Shown here: positions 54,916 through 64,000 of the stretch, in pieces | Layout of the letters: each line of letters opens with the position of its first letter | Numbering within the stretch: the first letter of the stretch is position 1 | Source of the DNA: Bacteroidia bacterium | GTDB lineage: Bacteria; Bacteroidota; Bacteroidia; NS11-12g; UBA955 | Length of the DNA: 64,000 nucleotides | Direction of reading: 5' to 3' | Assembly (NCBI GenBank): GCA_038317095.1 | Contig: JBBQBB010000010.1 | Coordinates: 20 to 64,019, forward strand | Program-made: the position numbers and the translations under genes | The notes under the pieces: model-generated | Databases searched by the model: none | What the model was told of the DNA's origin: nothing | The model's input: the letters and a program-made list of their open reading frames with translations, nothing else

Positions 54916-55022
54916 GTTCCGTCAGTTGGTTTGAGATGAAAAAACAAACATAATTCCAAATTCTTAATAAACAATGCATAAAGGATTGAAATAATTCATT
55001 GAAATTTGCATTTCAACTTAAT

Positions 55023-56846
55023 ATGTCAGCTCGAAAAATAAACGACTTACCTAAAGCCAAAATCAACGCACAAAATTTTAAACGCAGCTTGCGCGTTTTT
55101 GGCTATATTCAAAAAAAGGACCGTTGGATATTTGCTCTAGGTACTCTTTTTCTCGCATTAACAGCCATAACATCCGTAATGTTTCCAAAATTATTGGGAA
55201 ATCTAGTGGATGGTGCATTTGTATTCAATGGCAAAAATATTCAAAGGGCGCCAGATGCAACCCAACTAGAAAAAACGGCTGTTCTATTTGTTTACTTATT
55301 TATAGCACAAGCGGTTTTTTCATTTTTTCGAATTTGGATTTATGTTCGGGTCACAGAAAACATGACATACGGCATACGAAAAGATTTATACAAAAGTGTG
55401 CTCTTGCAAAATATGGATTTCTTTAGTCAAAATAGGGTTGGTGATTTGTTAAGTAGATTTAGCGCCGATGTTTCCCAAATTCAAGATTCTTTTACCAGCA
55501 ATATTGCTATGTTTTTGCGACAACTTTTGGTCATTATTGCCGGAATTGTTTTGTTATTTTTTACCTCTACTAAACTTGCCCTTATGATGCTCATTACTGT
55601 GCCTGTGGTAGTAGTTATTTCACTATTTTTTGGAAAATATATTCGTAAAATAAGCAAACAAGTTCAAGATTTTACGGCGAACAACAATGTAATTGTAGAA
55701 GAAACCCTAAGCGGCATTGTAAATGTAAAATCATTTACAAATGAAGGTTTTGAATTAAACAGATTTGGGGAAAGCACAGAAACTCTGCGCAAAGAAAGTA
55801 TATACAGAGGGCTATTGCGCGGTGCATTTAGTTCATTTATTATTGTCTGTTTGTTTGGGAGCATAGTTTTTCTCATTTTCCAAGGGTTGACCATGGTACG
55901 AACTGGAGATTTGGCGATTGGCGAACTGTTCCAGTTTATGATGCTCACCGCATTTGTAGGCGGCAGCATAAGCGGTATCGCTGAACAATTTGTGCAAATC
56001 CAAAAAACCATTGGGGCCATTGAACGTGTTATGGATATTATAGAAAAACCACTTGAAGATTTGCGAGCAGATAAACAAAATATTGAAAAAATAACTGGCA
56101 ATATTGTTTTCGATAATGTAGCGTTTTCTTATCCCTCCAGACCAGAATATCAAGTATTAAAAAAGGTAGATTTTACCTTAGATGCAGGAAAAACATTGGC
56201 GGTAGTTGGACCCAGTGGAGCAGGTAAAAGTACACTCATTAATTTACTCTATCGGTTCTATAACCCAAGCCATGGAATGGTTAAAATTGGCAAGGAAGAT
56301 ATTCAAGAAAAAGACTTGTATTCACTCCGAAATTCAATGGCGTTGGTTCCCCAAGAAATTATTCTTTTTGGCGGTACTATTTATGAAAATATTCTATACG
56401 GAGATCCGCATGCAAGTGAAACGCAAGTTATTGAAGCGGCAAAAAGAGCCAATGCCCATGCATTTATTTCAGATTTTCCAGATGCTTATAAAACCATTGT
56501 AGGAGACCGAGGAATTCGCCTCTCTGGCGGACAAAAGCAGCGCATAGCAATAGCACGGGCCATTTTAAAAGACCCAAATTTTTTATTTATGGATGAGGCC
56601 ACAAGTTCTTTGGATACTGAAAGTGAAAAAATGGTACAAGGTGCCTTAGAAGAACTCATGAAAGGCCGAACCAGCATTGTTATTGCGCATAGACTCAGTA
56701 CCATCCGTAATGCAGATAAAATAATTGTATTAAAACAAGGCACGGTAGTTGAACAAGGTACCCACGATGAATTGATGCGCATCGAAAAGGGTATTTACAA
56801 ACGTATGGTAGATTTGCAACAAGAGCCAGAAGAATTTTTTAATTAA
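55023..56846 (+). CDS. ABC transporter, fused permease/ATP-binding protein (type I exporter, MsbA/MdlB-like)
   Basis: Six-TM N-terminal half, then Walker A GPSGAGKST, signature LSGGQKQR and Walker B LFMDEATSSLD. The ATG is at 55023, and the track start is TTG. Confidence 0.9.
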   Translation: MSARKINDLPKAKINAQNFKRSLRVFGYIQKKDRWIFALGTLFLALTAITSVMFPKLLGNLVDGAFVFNGKNIQRAPDATQLEKTAVLFVYLFIAQAVFSFFRIWIYVRVTENMTYGIRKDLYKSVLLQNMDFFSQNRVGDLLSRFSADVSQIQDSFTSNIAMFLRQLLVIIAGIVLLFFTSTKLALMMLITVPVVVVISLFFGKYIRKISKQVQDFTANNNVIVEETLSGIVNVKSFTNEGFELNRFGESTETLRKESIYRGLLRGAFSSFIIVCLFGSIVFLIFQGLTMVRTGDLAIGELFQFMMLTAFVGGSISGIAEQFVQIQKTIGAIERVMDIIEKPLEDLRADKQNIEKITGNIVFDNVAFSYPSRPEYQVLKKVDFTLDAGKTLAVVGPSGAGKSTLINLLYRFYNPSHGMVKIGKEDIQEKDLYSLRNSMALVPQEIILFGGTIYENILYGDPHASETQVIEAAKRANAHAFISDFPDAYKTIVGDRGIRLSGGQKQRIAIARAILKDPNFLFMDEATSSLDTESEKMVQGALEELMKGRTSIVIAHRLSTIRNADKIIVLKQGTVVEQGTHDELMRIEKGIYKRMVDLQQEPEEFFN

Positions 56847-57002
56847 ATTGGAAAGTTTTTACTATCAATATTTCCATTCACCGGTAGGCCTAATTTTAGC
56901 AGCTATTACAATTGCCTCATTGTTTCTCTTAAAATATAATGTCTTTTAAAATAACCTTTCTTGGTTTTTAATTCCTTTTCGCTAATTTGCAACCCATTTT
57001 TT

Positions 57003-59042
57003 ATGAAAAAACAGCCTATATTCTTGCTCGTGGTGACCCTTATTTTGGTTTATTCTGCTTGCACAAACAAAAACAAGGAAAGTCCGGATCCACTCCTTTC
57101 ACATATTGATTCAACCGTAAATCCAGGTGCCGATTTTTTCCTGTATGCAAATGGGAAATGGTTTAAACAAAATCCTATCCCGGCAAGCGAGCAATCCAAT
57201 GGATTGTGGCAAATGATCCAAGATACAATCAATGCCCAGGTTTTGAATATCTGTCAATCCTCGGCTACCATTAAAAATCCCAAGAAGGGATCGAACAAAC
57301 AAAAAATTGGTGATTTCTATTTTTCTGGCATGGACAGCGCAAAAATTAACAAAAATGGAATTTCTGACTTAAAAGTAGAAATGGACGAAATTGATGCAAT
57401 ACAAGATTTAAAAGCATTGATTAAAATTGCGGCAAAAATTCACAAAACCTCGGGCGCACCCTTGTTTAATTTTTATGTTGGCCAAGATGATAGAATTAGC
57501 AATAAAAATGCAGTATTTATAAGCCAAGGCGGATTAAGTTTACCGGATAGAAGTTATTATTTTGACAATGACAACCGGGCCATTGAAAATCGCAAATTAT
57601 TTAAAAAACATTTAAAAAACGTATTTGGTATATTGGGAAACAAACCCAGTGATGTAAGCTTAGCGGCTGATAACTTTATGAAACTGGAAACAGCCATGGC
57701 AAAAGCCCAGCGCAAAAGGGAAGACACCAGAGACCCACAGAAAAATTACAATAAAATGTCTGTTTCTACTTTGATAAATTCAAATCAAAATATGGATTGG
57801 AATTTGTTTATTTCTGAAATGGGATTAAAGAATGTAGATTCTGTAATTTTAGGGCAACCGGAATATATTTCTGCCATCAATTCTTTGATAAAAACAGCAC
57901 CGCTTTCCGATTTAAAGAACTATTATAAATACCAAATTTTAAAAGGCTTATCTGGTTTCTTAGACGACAAAACATACCTAGAATTTTTCAATTTTTATTC
58001 CGTCGTTTTACGCGGTGTAAAAGAGCCTAAACCCCGTTGGAAAAGGGTTGTAAGCCAAACCAATAGCGCATTGGGCGAATTGATTGGGCAAGTTTATGTT
58101 GCCGAATATTTACCCAAAGGCACCAAAGAAAAGTTGCAAGAAATAGGAGATGCCATTCGCACGGTTTACCGTGAAAGAATAAAAAATTTAGATTGGATGG
58201 GCGCTGAGACAAAGGTAAAAGCATTGAAAAAGTTGGACGCCATCGTAATGAAAATGGGCTACCCAGATAAATGGAAAGATTTAAGTTCATTGAAAACAGA
58301 AAAATCATCGTATGTGCGCAATGGAATGCGAGCCAGCGAATGGGAAACTCAGTATATGATTGCCAAATACGGCAAACCCGTAGATCGAATGGAATGGGGC
58401 ATGCAGCCGCAAACTTATAATGCCTATTACAATCCTTCCAACAATGAAATTGTAATTCCTGGTTGTAATATTATTGTTCCTGGTTTTGAAAGAAAATTGG
58501 CAGATGATGCCATTTTATATTCCATTATTGGAGGTTCTACAATTGGTCATGAAATTACGCATGGTTTTGATGATCAAGGCAGCCAATATGATGATAAAGG
58601 CAATTTAAATGATTGGTGGACGGCAGATGATAAAGCAAAGTTTAAGGTAAAAACACAATCGATTGTAGACCAATTTAATGCATTTGTAGCAGTGGATAGT
58701 TTGCGTATCAATGGAGAATTAACCCAGGGAGAAAACATTGCAGACCTTGGTGGAATCGTAATGGGATACGAAGCTTTTAAGAAAACGGAGCAATTTAAAA
58801 ACAAGGAATCCATTGCTGGATTAAATCCAGATCAAAGATTCTTTTTGGGTTATGCTTTTGCTTGGATGATCAATGACAGACCTGAAGCCATTGCCAATCA
58901 AGTGCGCAGCAACGAACATAGTCCAGCAAAATTTCGTGTATTGGGCCCATTGAGCAATATGCCAGAATTCTACATCACCTTCGGCGTTAAAAAAGGCGAT
59001 GCCATGTGGAAAGAAGAGAAGGATAGGGTGAGGATTTGGTGA
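57003..59042 (+). CDS. M13 family zinc metallopeptidase (PepO/neprilysin-like) lipoprotein
   Basis: HEITHGFD (HExxH), ENIADLGG and a C-terminal RV..W end are present. The Met at 57003 gives a signal with lipobox VYSAC. Confidence 0.9.
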   Translation: MKKQPIFLLVVTLILVYSACTNKNKESPDPLLSHIDSTVNPGADFFLYANGKWFKQNPIPASEQSNGLWQMIQDTINAQVLNICQSSATIKNPKKGSNKQKIGDFYFSGMDSAKINKNGISDLKVEMDEIDAIQDLKALIKIAAKIHKTSGAPLFNFYVGQDDRISNKNAVFISQGGLSLPDRSYYFDNDNRAIENRKLFKKHLKNVFGILGNKPSDVSLAADNFMKLETAMAKAQRKREDTRDPQKNYNKMSVSTLINSNQNMDWNLFISEMGLKNVDSVILGQPEYISAINSLIKTAPLSDLKNYYKYQILKGLSGFLDDKTYLEFFNFYSVVLRGVKEPKPRWKRVVSQTNSALGELIGQVYVAEYLPKGTKEKLQEIGDAIRTVYRERIKNLDWMGAETKVKALKKLDAIVMKMGYPDKWKDLSSLKTEKSSYVRNGMRASEWETQYMIAKYGKPVDRMEWGMQPQTYNAYYNPSNNEIVIPGCNIIVPGFERKLADDAILYSIIGGSTIGHEITHGFDDQGSQYDDKGNLNDWWTADDKAKFKVKTQSIVDQFNAFVAVDSLRINGELTQGENIADLGGIVMGYEAFKKTEQFKNKESIAGLNPDQRFFLGYAFAWMINDRPEAIANQVRSNEHSPAKFRVLGPLSNMPEFYITFGVKKGDAMWKEEKDRVRIW

Positions 59043-59047
59043 GGAAA

Positions 59048-59473
59048 TTACCTCCACAAACCCAGAATCAAAGATGCAACAACAACCCCAACTGCATGGT
59101 AGCCTGCATCTATGGCAAGCAATTTCATACTGCGCTTCACCCAAGTATACGTAATTCCAAGGGTGGCCCAGGAAATGCAAACACCAATTAGAGCTCCCAT
59201 TTTAAATGCAGAGGCAAAATGATTACAGCCGGTGATAAAAATGATATAAGACAAGGCAAATACAATGAGGATGCTGTAGATAAAGGTGCCTATCATCATT
59301 CCAGCAAATTCTTTGCTCCCCGGTTTTTCAATGGTTGTGCCTGCTTTTTGCAATTCAGCCATCCATGGTTTGCCAAACAAAGCAGAGAACCAAACTGCAC
59401 CGATAGCCCAATATGCAATTACTGCAACAATAAGGGCCATAAAATTCTGATCTTGTAGGTATTGATTGAACAT
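59048..59473 (-). CDS. DUF1761-like membrane protein
   Basis: 141 aa with four hydrophobic helices. The N-terminal AIGAVWFSALFGKPW segment is typical of DUF1761. This is from recall. Confidence 0.5.
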   Translation of the reverse strand: MFNQYLQDQNFMALIVAVIAYWAIGAVWFSALFGKPWMAELQKAGTTIEKPGSKEFAGMMIGTFIYSILIVFALSYIIFITGCNHFASAFKMGALIGVCISWATLGITYTWVKRSMKLLAIDAGYHAVGVVVASLILGLWR

Positions 59474-59611
59474 AATATATTGGATTTATTCTGCAAGGTA
59501 TAACAGAAATTGACAAAACCAAAATTACTTTTGTTCAAATGATTTAGACAGAATGATTCTGAATTGTTTGAAAATACCCTACAATCGAAATAAAAGTTAT
59601 AAATTGCGGCG

Positions 59612-60619
59612 TTGGCACAGTTAGAGGAAAAAAATAGAAAACAAGGCGAAAGGTTGGAGGTGCTTCAAGCCCTAGAAGGTAATATTCAAGGATATATTCA
59701 AAAATATTTAGTTCCCATTGAAACTATTTGGCAACCCACAGATTTCCTGCCAGATCCAAAAGCAGACGATTTTTTGGAACAGGTGAAGGGTTTAAGAGAA
59801 GAAGCCAAGGAACTAGATTACGATTTTTGGATTGTACTTATAGGGGATATGGTTACAGAAGAAGCACTTCCTAGCTACGAAACCTGGCTTATGGGCTTAA
59901 AAGGCATAGACCAATACAACCGGAATCCTTGGTCTGATTGGGTCCGTCAATGGACCAGCGAAGAAAACCGGCATGGCGATGTATTAAACAAGTATTTATA
60001 CTTAAGTGGTAGGGTTAACATGCGTGAAATTGAGATTACTGTGCAATATTTACTTGCCGATGGTTTTGATTTGGGATTGGACGCGGATCCATACAAAAAT
60101 TTTGTTTACACCAGTTTTCAAGAATTAGCTACCCATATCTCGCATAAGAGAGTTGCAGAATTGGCCCAGAAAAAAGGCAATGTGCCCTTATCTAAAATGT
60201 GCAGAACGATTGCTGGTGATGAAATGCGACACCATTTGGCTTACCGTGAATTTGTGAAAAAAATCTTGGAAATGGACACCTCGGAAATGGTAAATGCATT
60301 TACAGATATGATGAAGAAAAAAATTGCCATGCCCGCAATACTTATTCGTCAGTCGGGGGAGACTCGCGGCCAGTCTTTTGAACCATTTTCCAATGCAGCC
60401 CAGAGGATTGGTGTTTATACAAGCGCAGATTATGTGCAAATTTTGCGCATTTTAAATGCACATTGGGAAATTGACAAATTGAATGGTTTGACAACTGAGG
60501 CCGAAAAAAACCGAGATTATCTTATGGCATTGCCTGATCGACTGCAAAGGCTTTCAGAAAGAATTAAAGTGCCAGAAGAAATTACCCGTTTCAAATGGGT
60601 AGATCCAAATGGAATGTAA
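59612..60619 (+). CDS. Soluble acyl-ACP desaturase (plant/actinobacterial type di-iron desaturase)
   Basis: 335 aa. Di-iron motifs sit in TSEENRHGD and AGDEMRHH, with additional conserved carboxylates (MVTEEALP, FQELATH). The start is TTG, and there is no in-frame ATG in the first ~78 codons. Confidence 0.8.
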   Translation: MAQLEEKNRKQGERLEVLQALEGNIQGYIQKYLVPIETIWQPTDFLPDPKADDFLEQVKGLREEAKELDYDFWIVLIGDMVTEEALPSYETWLMGLKGIDQYNRNPWSDWVRQWTSEENRHGDVLNKYLYLSGRVNMREIEITVQYLLADGFDLGLDADPYKNFVYTSFQELATHISHKRVAELAQKKGNVPLSKMCRTIAGDEMRHHLAYREFVKKILEMDTSEMVNAFTDMMKKKIAMPAILIRQSGETRGQSFEPFSNAAQRIGVYTSADYVQILRILNAHWEIDKLNGLTTEAEKNRDYLMALPDRLQRLSERIKVPEEITRFKWVDPNGM

Positions 60620-60638
60620 TTGCAAATACCTAGCAGTA

Positions 60639-61343
60639 TTAGTCTGCCATTTCTAAAGTATCAAAATCCACCTTACCATTTTGGGATTGCAATTCTGGAG
60701 ATAGCGTAAACACTTTTATTCCTGTATTCGTGGTTATATGGGTGCAAATATTACCTACTATTTTATTCTGTGCCTCTAGCAGCACCAAGGGTATTTCTGG
60801 ATACTCATCATTGTGCAAATTGGAAATTTCAATACCGCTGATACACATACTGCTAATATTCCAATTTAACAAAGGTTCATAATCTCCAGTTTCAAACTTA
60901 GGGAGTCTGTATAAGGGAACACTCAACTTGCACGAGTTGCAGAAAATGGAAGATTCTTTCGATAAAAACAAAGGGGTCAGCGTATACGATTCTGGCTTAT
61001 CACAAGTGCAATAATCTATTTTATTTGTGTATTCAAAACCAACAATGCCATATTCAATAATGGATTCGGTAAATTTTTCGAGTCGTTTAATTTGTTCTTT
61101 TACCATGTCTGTTGCATGCTGCATAGATAAAGCACTCTTCTCAAGAGTATAAACAAAAGCTGTTAAATAGTTGCCATCTACAAATTGGGTATTTATTCCA
61201 TTCTGGATTTGCCCACTCTTTCGAAATGCAGAAATTAACCAATAAAAATCATCTGCAAAATGCACGGTGGGGTAAGGTGACAAATTCTTTAAAGTAATTT
61301 TTTGAACATACATGGGTAATTCAATATTTGGTGGCAACACCAA
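60639..61343 (-). CDS. Hypothetical protein with C-x-C ... C-x2-C putative zinc ribbon
   Basis: 234 aa with no signal peptide. The cysteines lie in YCTCDKPESY and FCNSCKLSVPLYRLP. It may be DUF2310-like, which I could not verify. Confidence 0.5.
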   Translation of the reverse strand: MVLPPNIELPMYVQKITLKNLSPYPTVHFADDFYWLISAFRKSGQIQNGINTQFVDGNYLTAFVYTLEKSALSMQHATDMVKEQIKRLEKFTESIIEYGIVGFEYTNKIDYCTCDKPESYTLTPLFLSKESSIFCNSCKLSVPLYRLPKFETGDYEPLLNWNISSMCISGIEISNLHNDEYPEIPLVLLEAQNKIVGNICTHITTNTGIKVFTLSPELQSQNGKVDFDTLEMAD

Positions 61344-61568
61344 AACGGAAAATTCAGAAATATATTGTTCCTACTTATTCACAAAATTGAAAGGTGGCAA
61401 TCTTTTATCACTTAACCAATTAACTTATTGCGATTTAAACACGCTATTTAGAATCATGATAAAAATATATTTTGAATTCTCGCATTCCTTTTGAATTGAA
61501 AAATTAAGGTATAAGGATTTAAAATATTTGCTTCATTGGCCAATGCAAACTAATTTTACCCCTTTAAT

Positions 61569-64000
61569 ATGGCTGAGAAAAAATTGTTTCTTTTGGACGG
61601 AATGGCCCTTATTTACCGCGCCTATTTTGCTTTCCAAAACAACCCCAGAATTACTTCTACGGGTTTGAATACCAATGCAATGTTTGGCTTTACAAACACG
61701 CTTTTGGATATTTTGACCAAACAAAAACCAACCCATATAGCAGTCGTTTTTGACACATCGGCACCTACGACCAGGCACCAAGAGTATGCACTCTATAAAG
61801 CGCACAGAGAGGAAATGCCCGAAGACCTTAAGCGCAGTTTGCCTTATATTTTCAGAATTATTGAAGGTTTCAACATACCTGTTATAACCCAAGATGGGTT
61901 TGAAGCCGATGACATTATAGGTACATTGGCATTGCAAGCCGCAGATTGCGGAATGGATGTTTATATGATGACACCAGATAAAGATTTTGGACAATTGGTG
62001 CGTGAACATGTTTTTATTTACAAACCCGGCCGTATGGGCAATCCCGACGAAATTTTGGGGGTTGCAGAAATCCTTAAAAAATGGGATATCGAAAATGTTT
62101 CGCAAGTAATAGACATTCTCGGACTTTGGGGAGACGCTGCTGATAATATTCCAGGTGTACCAGGTGTAGGAGAAAAAACAGCGAAAAAATTAATTCAAGA
62201 ATATGGTACCATGGAGAATATACTGGCCAATACAGATAAACTTCAAGGCAAGATGAAAGAAAAATTTGTGGAGCACAAGGAACAAGCATTACTTTCTAAA
62301 CGCTTGGCGACCATTATCATCGATGTGCCAGTAGAACTTCATCCTGAAGCATTAATTACCAAAGAGAAAAATGCTGAAGCTTTGCAAGAAGTTTTCAATG
62401 AATTGGAATTTCGCACTTTGGCCAAAAGAATATTGGGTGGAACAGAACCTGCTGCTGCTCCACAACAAGTTCAGGGAAACTTATTCAACCAATCCAGCAT
62501 CCAAGGTTCATTGTTCGATCAGCCCGCCTTACCAGGACCAGAAACCATAATTAACGATTATAAAAATGCCAATAATATTCCGCATATTTATAAGGCTGTA
62601 GAAACGGAAACTGACATACATAATTTAATAGCCATTCTGGATCAATGTGATGAATTTTGTTTTGATACGGAAACCACAGGTCTTGTTGCCTTCGATGCGG
62701 ATATTGTTGGCCTTTCATTTGCTGTGAAATCGCATGAAGCATGGTACATTCCTTGTCCTCCTCAATTTGACAAAGCCCAAGAGTTGTTGAATAAATTTAA
62801 AATGGTTTTTAATTCAAATAAAATTAAAATAGGACAAAATGTAAAATACGATTATGCGGTTTTAGGAAGGTATGGAATTGAAATTAAACCGCCATTCTTC
62901 GACACCATGTTGGCACACTATTTAATTGAACCAGATATGCGCCACAACATGAATGCGCTGAGTGAAGCATACCTAAATTACCAACCCATTTCCATTGAAT
63001 CTTTAATAGGTAAAAAAGGGAAAAATCAATTAAATATGTCGGATGTTGATTTGTCCATTATTACAGAATATGCGGCAGAAGATGCAGATGTGACGCTGCA
63101 ACTCAAAAATAAATTTGCCCCAGAATTGGAAAACAGAAATGTAAAATCTGTATTTGAAAACATAGAACTTCCGCTAATTCCAGTATTGGCATCCATGGAA
63201 AAAGAAGGGATAAAAATAGACATAAAATTTTTACAGAATTATTCAAAAGATTTGTCTGTACAAAGCGATGAAATCCAGAAAAATATTTTTACCCTAGCGG
63301 GTGGCGAATTTAATATTTCATCGCCTCAACAGGTAGGTAAAATATTGTTTGACAAATTAAAATTGGTAGATAAGCCCAAAAAAACCAAAACAGGCCAATA
63401 CCAAACGGATGAAGAAACACTCACCGACCTAGCCCTAGAGCATGAAATTGTAAGGAGTATTTTGGATTTTAGACAGTTGCAAAAATTAAAAGGCACTTAT
63501 GTAGACGCATTGCCAGCATTGGTAAATCCCCATTCTGGCAGGGTGCATACAAGTTTTAATCAAGCAGTTGCTGCAACAGGTAGATTGAGCAGTAACAACC
63601 CAAATTTGCAAAACATTCCCATTCGCACAGAATTGGGAAAGGAAGTGCGCAAAGCATTTATTCCACGAGATGAAAATCATGTATTACTCAGTGCAGATTA
63701 TTCCCAAATTGAACTTAGGGTTATTGCCCATGCGAGCAAAGATGAGGGCATGATGGAGGCCTTTCACCAAAATCTAGATATTCATACTGCCACTGCTGCC
63801 AAGGTTTTTGGTGTGCCATTGGAAGCGGTGGACAAAGAAATGCGCCGCAAAGCCAAGACCGTAAATTTTGGAATTATTTATGGCATTTCTGCTTATGGTT
63901 TGAGCCAGCGTATTGGCATCCCAAGAAAAGAAGCCAAAGAAATCATTGACAACTATTTCGAAAAATTTCCGGGCATTAAAAATTACATGGACACAACCAT
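61569..64000 (+). CDS. polA: DNA polymerase I (5' partial; runs off the window end)
   Basis: The ATG at 61569 gives MAEKKLFLLDGMALIYRAYFAF, a 5'-3' exonuclease N-terminus. The same frame is open at the three stretches checked (start, ~62.4 kb, last ~350 nt). It later reads DYSQIELRVIAH (motif A) and RRKAKTVNFGIIYG (motif B). It is absent from the ORF track because no stop lies in the window. Confidence 0.95.
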   Translation, partial: MAEKKLFLLDGMALIYRAYFAFQNNPRITSTGLNTNAMFGFTNTLLDILTKQKPTHIAVVFDTSAPTTRHQEYALYKAHREEMPEDLKRSLPYIFRIIEGFNIPVITQDGFEADDIIGTLALQAADCGMDVYMMTPDKDFGQLVREHVFIYKPGRMGNPDEILGVAEILKKWDIENVSQVIDILGLWGDAADNIPGVPGVGEKTAKKLIQEYGTMENILANTDKLQGKMKEKFVEHKEQALLSKRLATIIIDVPVELHPEALITKEKNAEALQEVFNELEFRTLAKRILGGTEPAAAPQQVQGNLFNQSSIQGSLFDQPALPGPETIINDYKNANNIPHIYKAVETETDIHNLIAILDQCDEFCFDTETTGLVAFDADIVGLSFAVKSHEAWYIPCPPQFDKAQELLNKFKMVFNSNKIKIGQNVKYDYAVLGRYGIEIKPPFFDTMLAHYLIEPDMRHNMNALSEAYLNYQPISIESLIGKKGKNQLNMSDVDLSIITEYAAEDADVTLQLKNKFAPELENRNVKSVFENIELPLIPVLASMEKEGIKIDIKFLQNYSKDLSVQSDEIQKNIFTLAGGEFNISSPQQVGKILFDKLKLVDKPKKTKTGQYQTDEETLTDLALEHEIVRSILDFRQLQKLKGTYVDALPALVNPHSGRVHTSFNQAVAATGRLSSNNPNLQNIPIRTELGKEVRKAFIPRDENHVLLSADYSQIELRVIAHASKDEGMMEAFHQNLDIHTATAAKVFGVPLEAVDKEMRRKAKTVNFGIIYGISAYGLSQRIGIPRKEAKEIIDNYFEKFPGIKNYMDTT

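Noticed and set aside
61533-62105. 190-aa minus-strand ORF, plus the ORFs at 62074-62289, 62551-62742, 63026-63223 and 63486-63680.
   Set aside because: They are antisense to the unlisted but unmistakable polA reading frame, which starts at 61569 and is open at every stretch I checked through to the window end.

Overview
This window looks like a chromosomal segment of a Bacteroidota-type genome. The support is two proteins with T9SS C-terminal sorting domains, TAnnTTTG -7 promoter boxes, a TonB-dependent receptor, a GldE-like gene and many predicted lipoproteins. GC is roughly 35-47% by eye in sampled blocks and was not computed. Genes are tightly packed, with many 1-4 nt overlaps and very short leaders. 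I found no rRNA, tRNA, CRISPR array, IS element or prophage.

The left 10 kb holds a complete Sec-type (clade II) nitrous-oxide reductase cluster, nosC-nosZ-nosB-nosL-nosD-nosF-nosY. An intrinsic terminator sits just after nosZ. A divergent FNR-type regulator keeps all four Fe-S cysteine positions. A perfect TTGAC-N4-GTCAA box sits in the shared promoter at class II spacing. Next to the cluster is a ccp-fasciclin-lipoprotein-RIC operon, probably for NO/peroxide stress.

The rest is mostly housekeeping: coaX, folK, cysS, miaE, rsmE, purD, exbBD, tyrS, rmlA, era, comF-like and partial polA. Accessory content is interspersed.
- A signal-less CHAP plus 2x PG-binding endolysin-like gene lies beside a decayed papain-like peptidase fragment.
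- Two translationally coupled unknown proteins (670 and 456 aa) head the rsmE-purD operon.
- A compact rmlA-OPX-PCP-GT2 exopolysaccharide operon has a 1215-aa exporter with about ten tandem SLBB domains and an N-terminal coiled coil. This is the most unusual architecture in the window.
- There is a 1057-aa Calx-beta T9SS cargo protein and a plant-type soluble acyl-ACP desaturase.

I did not find a clearly novel multi-gene system. The best candidates for follow-up are the giant OPX operon, the FNR/nos regulatory module and the unknown gene pair at 23.8-27.1 kb.
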